A stretch of DNA of 64,000 nt, from assembly GCA_963727445.1 (NCBI GenBank), contig CAVSGI010000010.1, positions 704,001-768,000 of the forward strand. The letters are read 5' to 3'. The notes beneath the pieces were generated by a model. That model did no database searches. It saw nothing but the letters and a program-made list of their open reading frames with translations, and was not told the DNA's origin. The position numbers were made by a program, and so were the translations under genes. Origin of the DNA: an uncultured delta proteobacterium (GTDB taxonomy: Bacteria; Myxococcota_A; Polyangia; Polyangiales; B10-G4). This document shows positions 10,411-21,229 of this stretch, piece after piece. How positions within the stretch are numbered: the stretch's first letter is position 1; each line of letters starts with the position of its first letter.

Positions 10411-10487
10411 TGGCGCACCCGGTAGGATTCGAACCTACGACCTGCGGATTCGAAGTCCGACGCTCTATCCAGCTGAGCTACGGGTGC
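10411..10487 (-). tRNA. tRNA-Arg(TCG)
   Basis: GCACCCGTAGCTCAGCTGGATAGAGCG-TCGGA-CTTCGAA-TCCGC...GGTTCGAATCC...CGGGTGCGCCA. Confidence 0.93.
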
Positions 10488-10536
10488 ATTGAGCGAGCGC
10501 CTTGATAGTCGATAATCCCGTGCTGTCAATACTCGT

Positions 10537-10612
10537 TGGGGTGAGTGACGGGAATTGAACCCGCGACTTCCGGAGCCACAATCCAGCGCTCTACCACTGA
10601 GCTACACCCACC
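10537..10612 (-). tRNA. tRNA-His(GTG) with encoded G-1
   Basis: GGTGGGTGTAGCTCAGTGGTAGAGCG-CTGGA-TTGTGGC-TCCGG...GGTTCAATTCC...CACTCACCCCA. Confidence 0.95.
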
Positions 10613-10667
10613 AAATGCGGCGGGAGAATAACGCGGCTTCGCCCGAACGCAACCACCGCGAGCCCGC

Positions 10668-10964
10668 CTAGTGGCCCAAGCGGTCGCAGGCGTCCTGGCG
10701 GCCCTCGAAACAGGCCGTCTCGAGCATCGCCTGGTCCATCTCGTCGAGCGGAACCGGCTCCTCGTCGTCCTCGAGGCCCTCGCCCAGCTCGAGTGGCTCT
10801 TCGTCCTCGACGCCGGCCCCCATCTCCTCGACGGCGGCTCCCTCGGCCGCGCCCGGCGCGACCATCTCCTCGTCCGCCGCCGGCGCCTCCTCCCGCTCCT
10901 CACTACAGCCAGCGGCCGCGGCGATCAGCACCACGGCCGAGGCGAGCGCGGCGAGGACACGCAC
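10668..10964 (-). CDS. Small acidic lipoprotein
   Basis: Lipobox AAGC; Glu-rich body; C-terminal ACFEGRQDAC. Confidence 0.7.
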   Translation of the reverse strand: MRVLAALASAVVLIAAAAGCSEEREEAPAADEEMVAPGAAEGAAVEEMGAGVEDEEPLELGEGLEDDEEPVPLDEMDQAMLETACFEGRQDACDRLGH

Positions 10965-10968
10965 GGCT

Positions 10969-11299
10969 TCAGTCCTGGACCAGCATCTCGAAGAGGGCGA
11001 GGTTCTCGGCCTCCTCGGGATCGACGCGGCCGTCGGCGACCACCATCGCGCGCGCAGCGTCGAGGAAGAGCTGCCGATGCTCCCGCGGGATCTGGCTGGG
11101 GTCGAGCTCCTCGGCGGGCGGCGGAACCTCGAGCCAACCGCGCACCTGGTCGAGCTCTTCGGCCGTCAGACCGAGCTTCTCGCTCATCTTGGCGACGAAG
11201 CTTCGCTCTTCGTCTTGGATTCTCGAGATCCGCCCACGCGAAGGAGCAGATGAAGCGCATCAACCGAAGGCGGTCTTCGGAGTCGAGGTTTCCGAGCAT
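10969..11299 (-). pseudogene. TerB-family (tellurite resistance-like) protein, broken by a +1 frameshift near 11221 (possibly a sequencing error)
   Basis: MLGNLDSEDRLRLMRFICSFAWADLE in one frame continues as IQDEERSFVAKMSEKLGL...ADGRVDPEE in another. Removing one A from GAGAATCCAA restores a single ORF. Confidence 0.7.
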
Positions 11300-11336
11300 G
11301 GGCCCATACTACCACCGGCCCGGCCGGGAGGAAGCG

Positions 11337-11522
11337 CTACTCGCCAGCGTCGTCCTCGGCCGCGGCGGCGCCGAAGGTCCCGGCGGCGCAGGTCCCCACC
11401 TCGTTCGAGGTCATCTTCACGAAGAGGAGGATCCCCGCCAGGGTGCCGACGGCGAGGAGGAGGACCAGACGCACGAGAAAGCGGTGGTCGCGCTTGATCG
11501 CGTGCTTCTCCAGGTCGGCCAC
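11337..11522 (-). CDS. Small single-TM membrane protein
   Basis: MADLEKHAIKRDHRFLVRLVLLLAVGTLAGILLFVK; high-GC3 codon usage. Confidence 0.55.
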   Translation of the reverse strand: MADLEKHAIKRDHRFLVRLVLLLAVGTLAGILLFVKMTSNEVGTCAAGTFGAAAAEDDAGE

Positions 11523-11642
11523 GACCTCAACATGCCCGGTGGAGCAGGCCGGCGCAACGTACGGGGGCACCTCAGAAGATCAAAATCTCGCGCGTTTGCG
11601 GTATCGTTGCCGCCCGCGTCTGGGAATCGGAGATAAATATCG

Positions 11643-12923
11643 ATGGCGACGACGATCACGATGCCCTCCCTGGGCGAGAGCGTGGCCGAGGGCGAGGTCG
11701 GAAAATGGCTCGTGCAAGAAGGTCAGCACGTGTCGAAGGACGACCCCCTCGTCGAGATCATGACCGACAAGGCCGACAGCGAGATCCCGGCCACGTCGGA
11801 TGGCGTCATCACGAAGATCTTCGTGACCGAGGGCGACATGGTCGCGGTGGGCGATGCCCTCTGTGAGATCGACGCGAACGCCGAAGCGACCGCGTCTCCG
11901 TCGAACGGCGAAGCGGCGGCGCCAGCGCCAGCCCCAGCCGCCGAAGCGCCGCAATCGAGCGGTGACGCGCCGACCTCCCCCGCCGTCCGCAAGCTCGCGC
12001 GCGAAAAGGGCGTCGACCTCGGCAGCGTGCGCGGCACCGGCGACGGCGGCCGCATCACGCGCGACGACGTCCTCGCCTCCGCGGGAGGAGCCGCCGATGT
12101 CGGGAGCGGCACCCACGAAGCAATCTCGCCCCCCCCGCCCAAGAGCGAGAAGAAGAGCGCCAAGCGCGAGCGCCCGGCGCCCGGGCCGAGCGGCGCCTTT
12201 CGCATGCCTCCCTACGTCGAGTCGGAGGGCGACGAGATCATCCCCTTCACCCGCCGGCGCCGCATCATCGCCGACCACATGGTCTATTCGAAGCTCACCG
12301 CCCCGCACGTGGTGACCTTCGCCGAGTGCGATCTGCACGCCAGCACCAAGCTCCGCGCGGCCCACAAGGCCGAGTTCAAGAAGGCGGGCCTGAACCTCAC
12401 CTTCCTCGCCTTCGTCTGCGCCGCCGCCGCCAAGGCCCTGCGCGAGTACCGCGAGCTCAACGCCCGCGTCCTCGACGACGCCTACGTCCTGCTCCGCGAC
12501 ATCAACCTCGGCATCGCCGTGGACACCGAAGAAGGCCTGGTCGTCCCGGTCATCAAGAGCGCCGACGAGCTGTCGATCCGCGGCATCGCCCGGGCCATCG
12601 ACGAGCTGGCCACCAAGGCCCGCGACGGCGAGCTCCGTCCCGACGATCTCGCGAGCAAGACCTTCACCATCAGCAACCCCGGCCGCCGCGGCAACCTGGT
12701 CGGCGGCGCCATCATCTCCCAGCCCAACGTCGGCATCCTCCGCATGGGCGAGATCAAGAAGCGGGTGGTCGTCGTCGAAAAGGACGGCGAGGACCTGATG
12801 GCGATCCACCCCGTGATGCAGATGGCGCTCTCCTACGATCACCGCATCGTCGACGGCGTGCACGCCAATGGCTTCCTCTGGCGGATCAACGAGATCCTCG
12901 AGACCGCCGACTTCGAGGTGTAG
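11643..12923 (+). CDS. 2-oxo acid dehydrogenase E2 (dihydrolipoamide acyltransferase)
   Basis: Lipoyl domain MPSLGESV...TDKA; E3-binding SPAVRKLARE..GTGDGGRITRDD; catalytic DHRIVDG. Confidence 0.95.
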   Translation: MATTITMPSLGESVAEGEVGKWLVQEGQHVSKDDPLVEIMTDKADSEIPATSDGVITKIFVTEGDMVAVGDALCEIDANAEATASPSNGEAAAPAPAPAAEAPQSSGDAPTSPAVRKLAREKGVDLGSVRGTGDGGRITRDDVLASAGGAADVGSGTHEAISPPPPKSEKKSAKRERPAPGPSGAFRMPPYVESEGDEIIPFTRRRRIIADHMVYSKLTAPHVVTFAECDLHASTKLRAAHKAEFKKAGLNLTFLAFVCAAAAKALREYRELNARVLDDAYVLLRDINLGIAVDTEEGLVVPVIKSADELSIRGIARAIDELATKARDGELRPDDLASKTFTISNPGRRGNLVGGAIISQPNVGILRMGEIKKRVVVVEKDGEDLMAIHPVMQMALSYDHRIVDGVHANGFLWRINEILETADFEV

Positions 12924-12954
12924 CTGGCGCCGCCAGCCCACCTCGGTCACTCCC

Positions 12955-13755
12955 GTGCTCGCTTCCTCTCGCCGCGCCACCGCGCTCACGCTCGCTCTCG
13001 CGGCCGTCCTGACGGCCTCCTGCGGAGGCGACGCTGCCGATCCCGTCGCCGTCGCGAACTTCTGCGACGGATGGGTGCGATCGGTCTGCGATGCATCGAG
13101 CCGTTGCGGGTGCGCCCTCGACGCGGCCACGTGCGAGATGCGCGCGGCTGGGGCCTGCGTGCTCCAAGAGGGCGGCGCGACGCGTGAGATGGTCGACATG
13201 GGCGCCCTCCCCTACGACCCGGTGGCGGCGGGACGCTACCTCGACACCATCACCGCCATCTCCTGCGAAGAGCGCGCGAGCCTCTGCGGCACCACCGGCC
13301 CCTGCCTCGGCCTCGGCGCCGAAGGCGACGCGTGCGGGGAGACGATTGGCTGCGCCGCTGCGCTGGCTTGCGTCGGCGGCAGCTGCGTCACGCCCACGGC
13401 GGATGGGTCGTCGTGCACGAGTGGCGCTGCCTGTGCGTCAGGCCGCTGCGAGCGCGGCCAGTGCGAGCCAGCCGGAGCGATCGGCGACGCCTGCTCCGAG
13501 CAGGCGGCCTGCGCCAGCGGCAACTGCGACTTCGCGACGGGGCGCTGTCGTGACAAAGAGCCCGAGGGTGGCCTCTGCACCGAGCACAGCGAGTGCGAGA
13601 GCGGCTACTGCGACCGGAACCTCGACCTGGGCGCGGGGAGCTGCCAGCCCTTGGTGCCGACGGGTGGGAGCTGCGACGAAGACGCGATGTGTGAAGGGGG
13701 CGCCTGCTTCAGCGGCGTCTGCGGCCTGGCCCTCTGCGACGACGTGATCGCCTGA
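12955..13755 (+). CDS. Cys-rich repeat lipoprotein
   Basis: Lipobox TASC; repeated G..C.....CASG.C..G.C modules; start inferred. Confidence 0.7.
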   Translation: MLASSRRATALTLALAAVLTASCGGDAADPVAVANFCDGWVRSVCDASSRCGCALDAATCEMRAAGACVLQEGGATREMVDMGALPYDPVAAGRYLDTITAISCEERASLCGTTGPCLGLGAEGDACGETIGCAAALACVGGSCVTPTADGSSCTSGAACASGRCERGQCEPAGAIGDACSEQAACASGNCDFATGRCRDKEPEGGLCTEHSECESGYCDRNLDLGAGSCQPLVPTGGSCDEDAMCEGGACFSGVCGLALCDDVIA

Positions 13756-13849
13756 GACGCGGAGCGCGACGCGCTCTCTGCTCCAAGCGAACCCCTGTGA
13801 AGGCCTGCCCGTTCGCGCTCTTGTCGGCGTTTTAGCCCCCTCGAGCAGG

Positions 13850-13865
13850 TGGCATCCGCCTTGCT
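13850..13865 (+). promoter_or_regulatory. sigma54 promoter for the CAP-domain lipoprotein
   Basis: TGGCATCCGCCTTGCT = TGGCA-N6-TTGCT. Confidence 0.7.
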
Positions 13866-13877
13866 CCAAGAGCCCAC

Positions 13878-14657
13878 ATGGCTGCTCGAGCTCCAATTCT
13901 CCTGGTCGCGACCCCCGGCGCCGCGCTCCTCCTCCTTCTCTCCGCCTGCACCAGCGACACGGTCTGTGGCGCTGGAACCATCGAGGTGGACGGCACGTGC
14001 GTCGTCGACGACACGACCGCGGGCAGCACCACGGATGGGGGCAGCGGCAGCCTGCCACCTGCGGACTCGGACGCGGGGATGGAGGACCCCATGGGGAGCG
14101 GAAGCACCGGCGGCACCGGCGGCGGCGGCAGCGGCAGCGGCAGCGGAACGGGCGGCACCGGGAGCGGCGGCGGCAGCGGCAGTGGGTCGGCGGATGGGGG
14201 TTACTCCACCGATCCGCCCGGCAGCGACTCGGGCGGCTCTGCCGCCACCGGTTGCGATGCGGCCTCGGGCGAGTGCGACGCCTGGGAAGAGGCGATCGCC
14301 GCTGGCCTCGTGGAGCGCCAGATGGCCGCGGGCTGCGACCACGCCATGATGAGCGACCCGCGCATCGACGGCGTCGCCGAGACGCACGCCGCCTACCAGG
14401 CGAGCATCGACATGCTCACCAGCGACAGCCCCGACGGAAGCCTCTTCGACCAGGTCAGCGCTGCAGGCGTCGACTACCGCGACGTCGCTTCGCTCTTCTC
14501 GGTCTCGGTCGATGGGCCCGATGACGTGCTCACCCGCTGGGACGCGAGCACTCGAGCCGCCCCCATCCTCACGCGCTGCGACACCATCATCGGCGTGGGT
14601 GTGGCGACGGGCGCTTCCGGGGACAGCTACGTCACCGTGCTCATGGCGCGACTCTGA
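13878..14657 (+). CDS. Lipoprotein with Gly/Ser linker and degenerate CAP (SCP) domain
   Basis: Lipobox LSAC; DPRIDGVAETHA, SPDGS, W...PIL, IGVGVA....YVT. Confidence 0.7.
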   Translation: MAARAPILLVATPGAALLLLLSACTSDTVCGAGTIEVDGTCVVDDTTAGSTTDGGSGSLPPADSDAGMEDPMGSGSTGGTGGGGSGSGSGTGGTGSGGGSGSGSADGGYSTDPPGSDSGGSAATGCDAASGECDAWEEAIAAGLVERQMAAGCDHAMMSDPRIDGVAETHAAYQASIDMLTSDSPDGSLFDQVSAAGVDYRDVASLFSVSVDGPDDVLTRWDASTRAAPILTRCDTIIGVGVATGASGDSYVTVLMARL

Positions 14658-14665
14658 GCGCGCCT

Positions 14666-15181
14666 TCAGTCGCGCTCGGGGATCACGAGACGCCCCGATT
14701 GGTAGCGGCGCCGCGCCCACTCGGCGAGGGCCATGCCGCAGGCGACCGATACCGGGTAGCTGTGATTGATGCCGTACATCGGGATGCCGACCACCTCGTG
14801 TGCGGCGTCGAGGATGGCGTCGCTGATCCCGTCGTCCTCGTTGCCGAAGACCAGCACCGCGTCCTCCGGGAGCTCCGCCTCCCAGAGCCCGATGGTCGCG
14901 CGATCCTTTTCGAAGGCCACCAACTTCCACTCGTTGTCGCGCGCACGCGACAGGAAGCTCTCCTCGTCGGGCAGCTCGACGATGTTCTCCCACTTCTGCA
15001 TCCCCATCGCGGCGCGCTCGTACCAGGGCTCGGTGCCGACGAGGAGGATCTCCCTGGCGAGAAAGGAGTGCGCGGTCCGCACCATCGTGCCGATGTTGAA
15101 CGGGTTCTTGGCGCGATCGATCGCCACCCGGAACGGATGCCGGATGCGGTCGAGCTCGCGCCTGGCCTCGTCGCGAGGCAT
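14666..15181 (-). CDS. TrmH/SpoU family RNA methyltransferase
   Basis: KNPFNIGTMVRTA, LVFGNEDDGI, IPMYGINHSYPVSVA SPOUT motifs. Confidence 0.9.
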   Translation of the reverse strand: MPRDEARRELDRIRHPFRVAIDRAKNPFNIGTMVRTAHSFLAREILLVGTEPWYERAAMGMQKWENIVELPDEESFLSRARDNEWKLVAFEKDRATIGLWEAELPEDAVLVFGNEDDGISDAILDAAHEVVGIPMYGINHSYPVSVACGMALAEWARRRYQSGRLVIPERD

Positions 15182-15361
15182 TCCGAGGGGGGGACCTTCA
15201 TCGAGATACGGCTTTTCTCATAGCACCCGACAGCGGGCCTCCGCCAAGGCAATGGGGGCGGGCCAAAGGGTCGGATCTGCTCTAACCTCCGCACCCGAGG
15301 CGCGGCCATTCACGAAGCGGCGGACAGCACCGATACCACTCTCGATCCCGGCACCGCGCGG

Positions 15362-17590
15362 GTGCTGGACGGCCTGCGTCTGGTGCTCGTCGTCCACGAC
15401 GAGGCGCGCGCATCGGTCCTGAGCGAGGAGCTGCGCAAACGGAACGTGGTCATCGGCCGGCTCGAGGCCCACGCCGCCGCGGACCTCGCCCCCATCCGCG
15501 ACCTCGATCCCGAGGTGGTGCTCTTCGATCCGCAAGCGCTCGGCTCGGCGGGCCTCGCGCTGACGCGGGCCCTCAACGCCGACGATCGCCTCCGCTGGGC
15601 GTCGGTCTTACGCTGCGACGTCGGCCGTCTCTGGAAGCCGGGCGAAGAGCTGCCGGATCTGCGCCGCCTCGCCTCGCTCCTCGCGCCCCTGGTCGACGCC
15701 GAACGCTCGTTCCGCCACCGGGTCCGCTCCGAAGGCTCGGTGGTGACGGAGCTCGACCGCATCGGACCGAACCGCACGCTCCGCGTGCTCGCGGCGGCGG
15801 GCGGCGCGTTCATGCTCGAGGCGCAGGCACCGGAGGCGCGCGCCGAGCTCGGCATCGAGGATGGCGCGGTGGTGACCGCGACTTACGAGGTGCTCGACGA
15901 GGACGGCCCTCCGGTGACGGGCGAGAGCGCGGTCGCCGGGTTCATGGCGCTTCGCGCGGGGCTGTTGGAGATCGAGCGGATCGCGCGAGCGCCGAGCCCG
16001 CGGGAGCTGACACGTCCCGGTGGTCCGTCACCGCAGCTCCTCGACCGGTCGCGGATGAACGCCGTCGACGTCGACTCCACCGAAAAGACCGCGCCGATCA
16101 CCTTCGACGAAGCCGAGCTCCTCGCCCGGCCCACCGATCCCATGCCGCGCTACGAGCGGATGAGTCAGGAACAGACGCGCAACGTCCACCTCGCCGAGAA
16201 GCCCCAGAGCGACAGCGAAGAGACCCGTCAATTCATCCCGCCGGACGCCTTCGCCCTGCCGGACCTGGCGGACGCGGACTACGGCGAGACCATCGAAGAG
16301 GAAGCGTGGACCTCGCCGGTGGTGAAGCCCTATCGGCCTTCGCGCCCGAGCGCTCCAGTGATGCCGCCCAAGCCGTCGGTCTCGCCCAGCCAGGGCGCGA
16401 AGCTCGGCTCCTCACCGCCTCCGCCGATGGAGGAGAAGGACGAGCCGAAGCGCAAGAAGCGCAAGAAGCCGATCCCGAAGCCGACCCCGCTGGCGATCCC
16501 GCGCGCCCGTATCCACACGAAGGGCCCAGGCGCCGTGAAGGCGGTGACCTTCGACGAGACTGCCGACACACCCGCCGTTGCGCCCAAGCCCACGCCCGCG
16601 CCTCCCAAGCCGCGCGGTCCAGAGGTGCAGCCGGTGATCAGCGCGCAGCCGGAGCCCGACGACACCTTGCCGGACGCCACGGACGACGAGGACATCGAGC
16701 TCGACGACGCGCCGACCAACCCACATCCGTCGACCCCTCCGGCCGCGCCGAGCTACGACGCGACGCGACAGCCCACGGATATCACCCCCCGTCCCCAAGC
16801 GGCTCAGAACACGTCGGAGGCCCGCTCCGCCCTGGTCTGGGTCGCGGCCGCCACCATCCTCGTCGCCGCCATCGGCGTCGCCCTCGGCGTCGTCACCTCG
16901 CAGGACGACCTCTTGGGGGGAGAGGAGGTGGCGATGAATGGGGGGACGGGGTCGGGAACGGAAACGGAAACGGCCGCGGGAACGGGAACGGGAACGGGAA
17001 CGGGAACGGGAACGGCCGCGGGAACGGGAACGGCCGCGGGAACGGAAACGGAAACGGAAACGGAAACGGAAACGGAAACGGAGGCGGGAACGGGAACGGC
17101 CGCGGAAACGGAGACGGAAACGGGAACGGCCGCGGAAACGGAGACGGAAACGGGAACGGCCGCGGAAACGGAGACGGAAACGGGAACGGCCGCGGGCTCC
17201 GACTCCCCTGCCCACTCCAACACCCCCGATCCCAACCGGGCGGAAGCGCTGGTGGCGCAGGCCGAGGAGCTCGAGATCCCCGAGCACGCGGAGGAGGCGC
17301 TCGCGCTCTACGAAGAGGCGTTCATGCTCGACTCGGGGAGCCACGAGGCGCTGGCCGGCATGGCGGAGATCTATCTCGCCACCGGGCATCCAGCGACCGC
17401 CGTGCGCTACGCCGAGCGTGCGCACCGACGCTCCACGCATCGCGTCAGCTACCTCATGCTTCTCGGGGACGCCTACCTCGCCGTGCACAACCACCGCGCG
17501 GCGCAGCAGGCCTGGATGGAGGCCTGGGAGATCCATCCTTCCGAGCGCCTGAGGCGACGCCTCGATCGCGTGGGCCGCGCGCCGGAATGA
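15362..17590 (+). CDS. Membrane protein: degenerate receiver-like/DUF4388-like N-terminus, Pro-rich linker, TM, GT/ET repeats, C-terminal TPR
   Basis: Long ORF with high GC3; TM ALVWVAAATILVAAIGVALGVV; TPR helices ALALYEEAFMLD, ALAGMAEIYL. Confidence 0.7.
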   Translation: MLDGLRLVLVVHDEARASVLSEELRKRNVVIGRLEAHAAADLAPIRDLDPEVVLFDPQALGSAGLALTRALNADDRLRWASVLRCDVGRLWKPGEELPDLRRLASLLAPLVDAERSFRHRVRSEGSVVTELDRIGPNRTLRVLAAAGGAFMLEAQAPEARAELGIEDGAVVTATYEVLDEDGPPVTGESAVAGFMALRAGLLEIERIARAPSPRELTRPGGPSPQLLDRSRMNAVDVDSTEKTAPITFDEAELLARPTDPMPRYERMSQEQTRNVHLAEKPQSDSEETRQFIPPDAFALPDLADADYGETIEEEAWTSPVVKPYRPSRPSAPVMPPKPSVSPSQGAKLGSSPPPPMEEKDEPKRKKRKKPIPKPTPLAIPRARIHTKGPGAVKAVTFDETADTPAVAPKPTPAPPKPRGPEVQPVISAQPEPDDTLPDATDDEDIELDDAPTNPHPSTPPAAPSYDATRQPTDITPRPQAAQNTSEARSALVWVAAATILVAAIGVALGVVTSQDDLLGGEEVAMNGGTGSGTETETAAGTGTGTGTGTGTAAGTGTAAGTETETETETETETEAGTGTAAETETETGTAAETETETGTAAETETETGTAAGSDSPAHSNTPDPNRAEALVAQAEELEIPEHAEEALALYEEAFMLDSGSHEALAGMAEIYLATGHPATAVRYAERAHRRSTHRVSYLMLLGDAYLAVHNHRAAQQAWMEAWEIHPSERLRRRLDRVGRAPE
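16943..17196 (+). repeat. Intragenic hexamer microsatellite (GGAACG/GAAACG) with a 30-bp higher-order unit
   Basis: Encodes (GT)n, (ET)n and GTAAETETET units. Confidence 0.9.
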
Positions 17591-17610
17591 TCACCGGCGC
17601 GAAGCGCCGC

Positions 17611-18159
17611 TCAGCGGCGCCACTTGATCGAGCAGCCCATCGACGGAACGACGTCGAAGTCGACCGGGCGACCCTCGAGCGCCGCGTCGATCGCTGCGCG
17701 CAAGTCTCGGCGCTTCACCGCTGACGGGTGCTTCCAGTCGTCGTCGATGCGACCGTTGTAGACGAGCTTTCGATCGCGATCGAAGACGAAGGGATCGGGC
17801 GTGCACGCGGCGTGGTACGCCCGCGCGACGGCCTGCGTCTCGTCGTGGAGATAGGGAAAGGGAAAGCCCTTCTCCTCGGCGCGCTGCTTCATCGCCGGCA
17901 GTGAGTCGGCGGGGTAGCGCTCTGCGTCGTTGGCGTTGATGGCGACGAGCGCTGCCCGCCCTTCGTAGTCGCGCGCGATCTCGATCAGGCGATCTTCGCT
18001 GGCCACCGCGTAGGGGCAGTGATTGCAGGTGAAGACGACCACCAGGACGTCGGCGCCGAAGTCCTCGAGGGAGTGGGTCTCACCGTCCACGCCCGGAAGC
18101 GAAAAAGGCGGCGCCTTCGAGCCCAGCGGAAGGCCCGCAGATGATTGGGTCACGGCCAT
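17611..18159 (-). CDS. Thioredoxin-like AhpC/TSA family protein
   Basis: FTCNHCPY, YLHDETQAVA..Y.AACTPD, YNGRIDD, GCSIKW. Confidence 0.9.
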   Translation of the reverse strand: MAVTQSSAGLPLGSKAPPFSLPGVDGETHSLEDFGADVLVVVFTCNHCPYAVASEDRLIEIARDYEGRAALVAINANDAERYPADSLPAMKQRAEEKGFPFPYLHDETQAVARAYHAACTPDPFVFDRDRKLVYNGRIDDDWKHPSAVKRRDLRAAIDAALEGRPVDFDVVPSMGCSIKWRR

Positions 18160-18310
18160 GACGGCCTCCTAAGGCGCACCCCGATGTATGTAAATCCCCA
18201 GAGATATCTCTGGGACAGCGCCACCCAACGAAAGCCTGGCGTGGCGCGTCGAAAGCCGGTGCAGTCACGTGACGCAAGCGGGCTCTGAGGGTACGATCCC
18301 GCACGAAAGC

Positions 18311-19876
<1,566 letters not shown>

Positions 19877-21229
19877 ATGCTTCTTCGACATCTGACTTTC
19901 TTGGCGTTGGTCGCGACGACGACCGCGGCCACGACGGCCATCACCGCACCGGCGCGCGCTGACGACAACGCCGAAGCGCGCGTCTATTTCGAGCGTGGCA
20001 ACCGTGCGCTCACCCAGGGGATGAACGCGCGTGGCGCGCGGCGCACGCGGCTCATCGAGGAGGCGCTGGCCGCTTACGTCCAGAGCCTGTCGATCGTGCG
20101 GAGCCGCAATGTCGTCTACAACGCCGGCGTCGCCCTCGAAGCCCTGGGCCGCGACGAGGAGGCCTTCGTCTATTTTCGCGAGTACCTCGGGTACTCGGAT
20201 CTGAGCGACGAGGAGCGACGCGAGGCGACGCAGAAGCTCAACGCGATCCGCACCCGCGTGGCGGTGGTGATGGTGACCTCGACCCCCGAGGGCGCTGACG
20301 TGCGGATTGATCGGCGCGACCTCGCGCCGGTGGGTGAGACGCCCCTCGAGGTCGCGGTCGACGAGGGCGACCACACGATCTACGTGTCGGCCGAGGGCTA
20401 CACCGCGGGCGAGGCCCAGGTGCACGGCAACGCAGGTCAGCGCGAAAACGTCACCCTGACGCTCCGCGCTCAGCCCATCGCGCTCGTGATTCGCGCGCCC
20501 GGCGACGGTCCGCTCACCCTCAACGGCCAGGCGGTCGCCGCCAACACCGACATCCAGGTGATGCCCGGCGAGCACGAGATCCGCTACGGTAGCGCCGAGC
20601 CGATCCGCATCACGGTGCAGCCCGGCGAGGGGCGGCGCACGGTCGACGTGGAAGCGCCTCAGGTCACGGGCCCGACGGGCCCACCGGGGCTCTTGGCCGT
20701 GAGCGTGAACGTGCCCGCCACGGTGTTCGTGGACGATCAGATCGTGGAGACGGGTCGCGAGATCGAGGCGTCGGTCGCCTCTGGGCCGCGCCGCATTCGC
20801 GTCGAAGCGGCGGGCTACGCGACCGCCGCGCGGCAGGTCGAGGTCGAGGCCGACGGCCAGACGCACATCACCGTGAACCTCGAAGAAGACGTCACGGCTT
20901 CGAGCCGCTTCGGCAAGTGGCCCGGGGTCTTCCTCGCCGTCGGCGGCGTGGCGGGGATCGCCGCGGCGAGCCTCGGCATCTACGCGATCTTCGAGAACTC
21001 CTCGTGGGAGACGTACGACAAGACCGCCGCAGGCGCCGATCGCATCGACAACCTCAACCTCGCCGCCGACGTCACCTTCGGCGTCGCCGCCGCCCTCGCC
21101 GCGACCGGCTTGATCCTCGCCATCCTCAACCGCAGCGGAGAGCAGATCCCGTCGAGCATCGACATCGCCGCCGCCCCGATCCGCGGCGGGGGCATGCTCG
21201 TCGCGCAGGGCAGCTGGGGGGCCGAATGA
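19877..21229 (+). CDS. TPR + PEGA domain protein
   Basis: Signal peptide; N-terminal TPR; STPEGADVRID...GETP PEGA; C-terminal hydrophobic helices. Confidence 0.8.
   Translation: MLLRHLTFLALVATTTAATTAITAPARADDNAEARVYFERGNRALTQGMNARGARRTRLIEEALAAYVQSLSIVRSRNVVYNAGVALEALGRDEEAFVYFREYLGYSDLSDEERREATQKLNAIRTRVAVVMVTSTPEGADVRIDRRDLAPVGETPLEVAVDEGDHTIYVSAEGYTAGEAQVHGNAGQRENVTLTLRAQPIALVIRAPGDGPLTLNGQAVAANTDIQVMPGEHEIRYGSAEPIRITVQPGEGRRTVDVEAPQVTGPTGPPGLLAVSVNVPATVFVDDQIVETGREIEASVASGPRRIRVEAAGYATAARQVEVEADGQTHITVNLEEDVTASSRFGKWPGVFLAVGGVAGIAAASLGIYAIFENSSWETYDKTAAGADRIDNLNLAADVTFGVAAALAATGLILAILNRSGEQIPSSIDIAAAPIRGGGMLVAQGSWGAE

Noticed and set aside
16306..17724. Alternative-frame ORFs with (GN)n, (RE)n or (RF/RS)n repeats
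   Set aside because: Shadow translations of the hexamer repeat inside the 15362-17590 CDS
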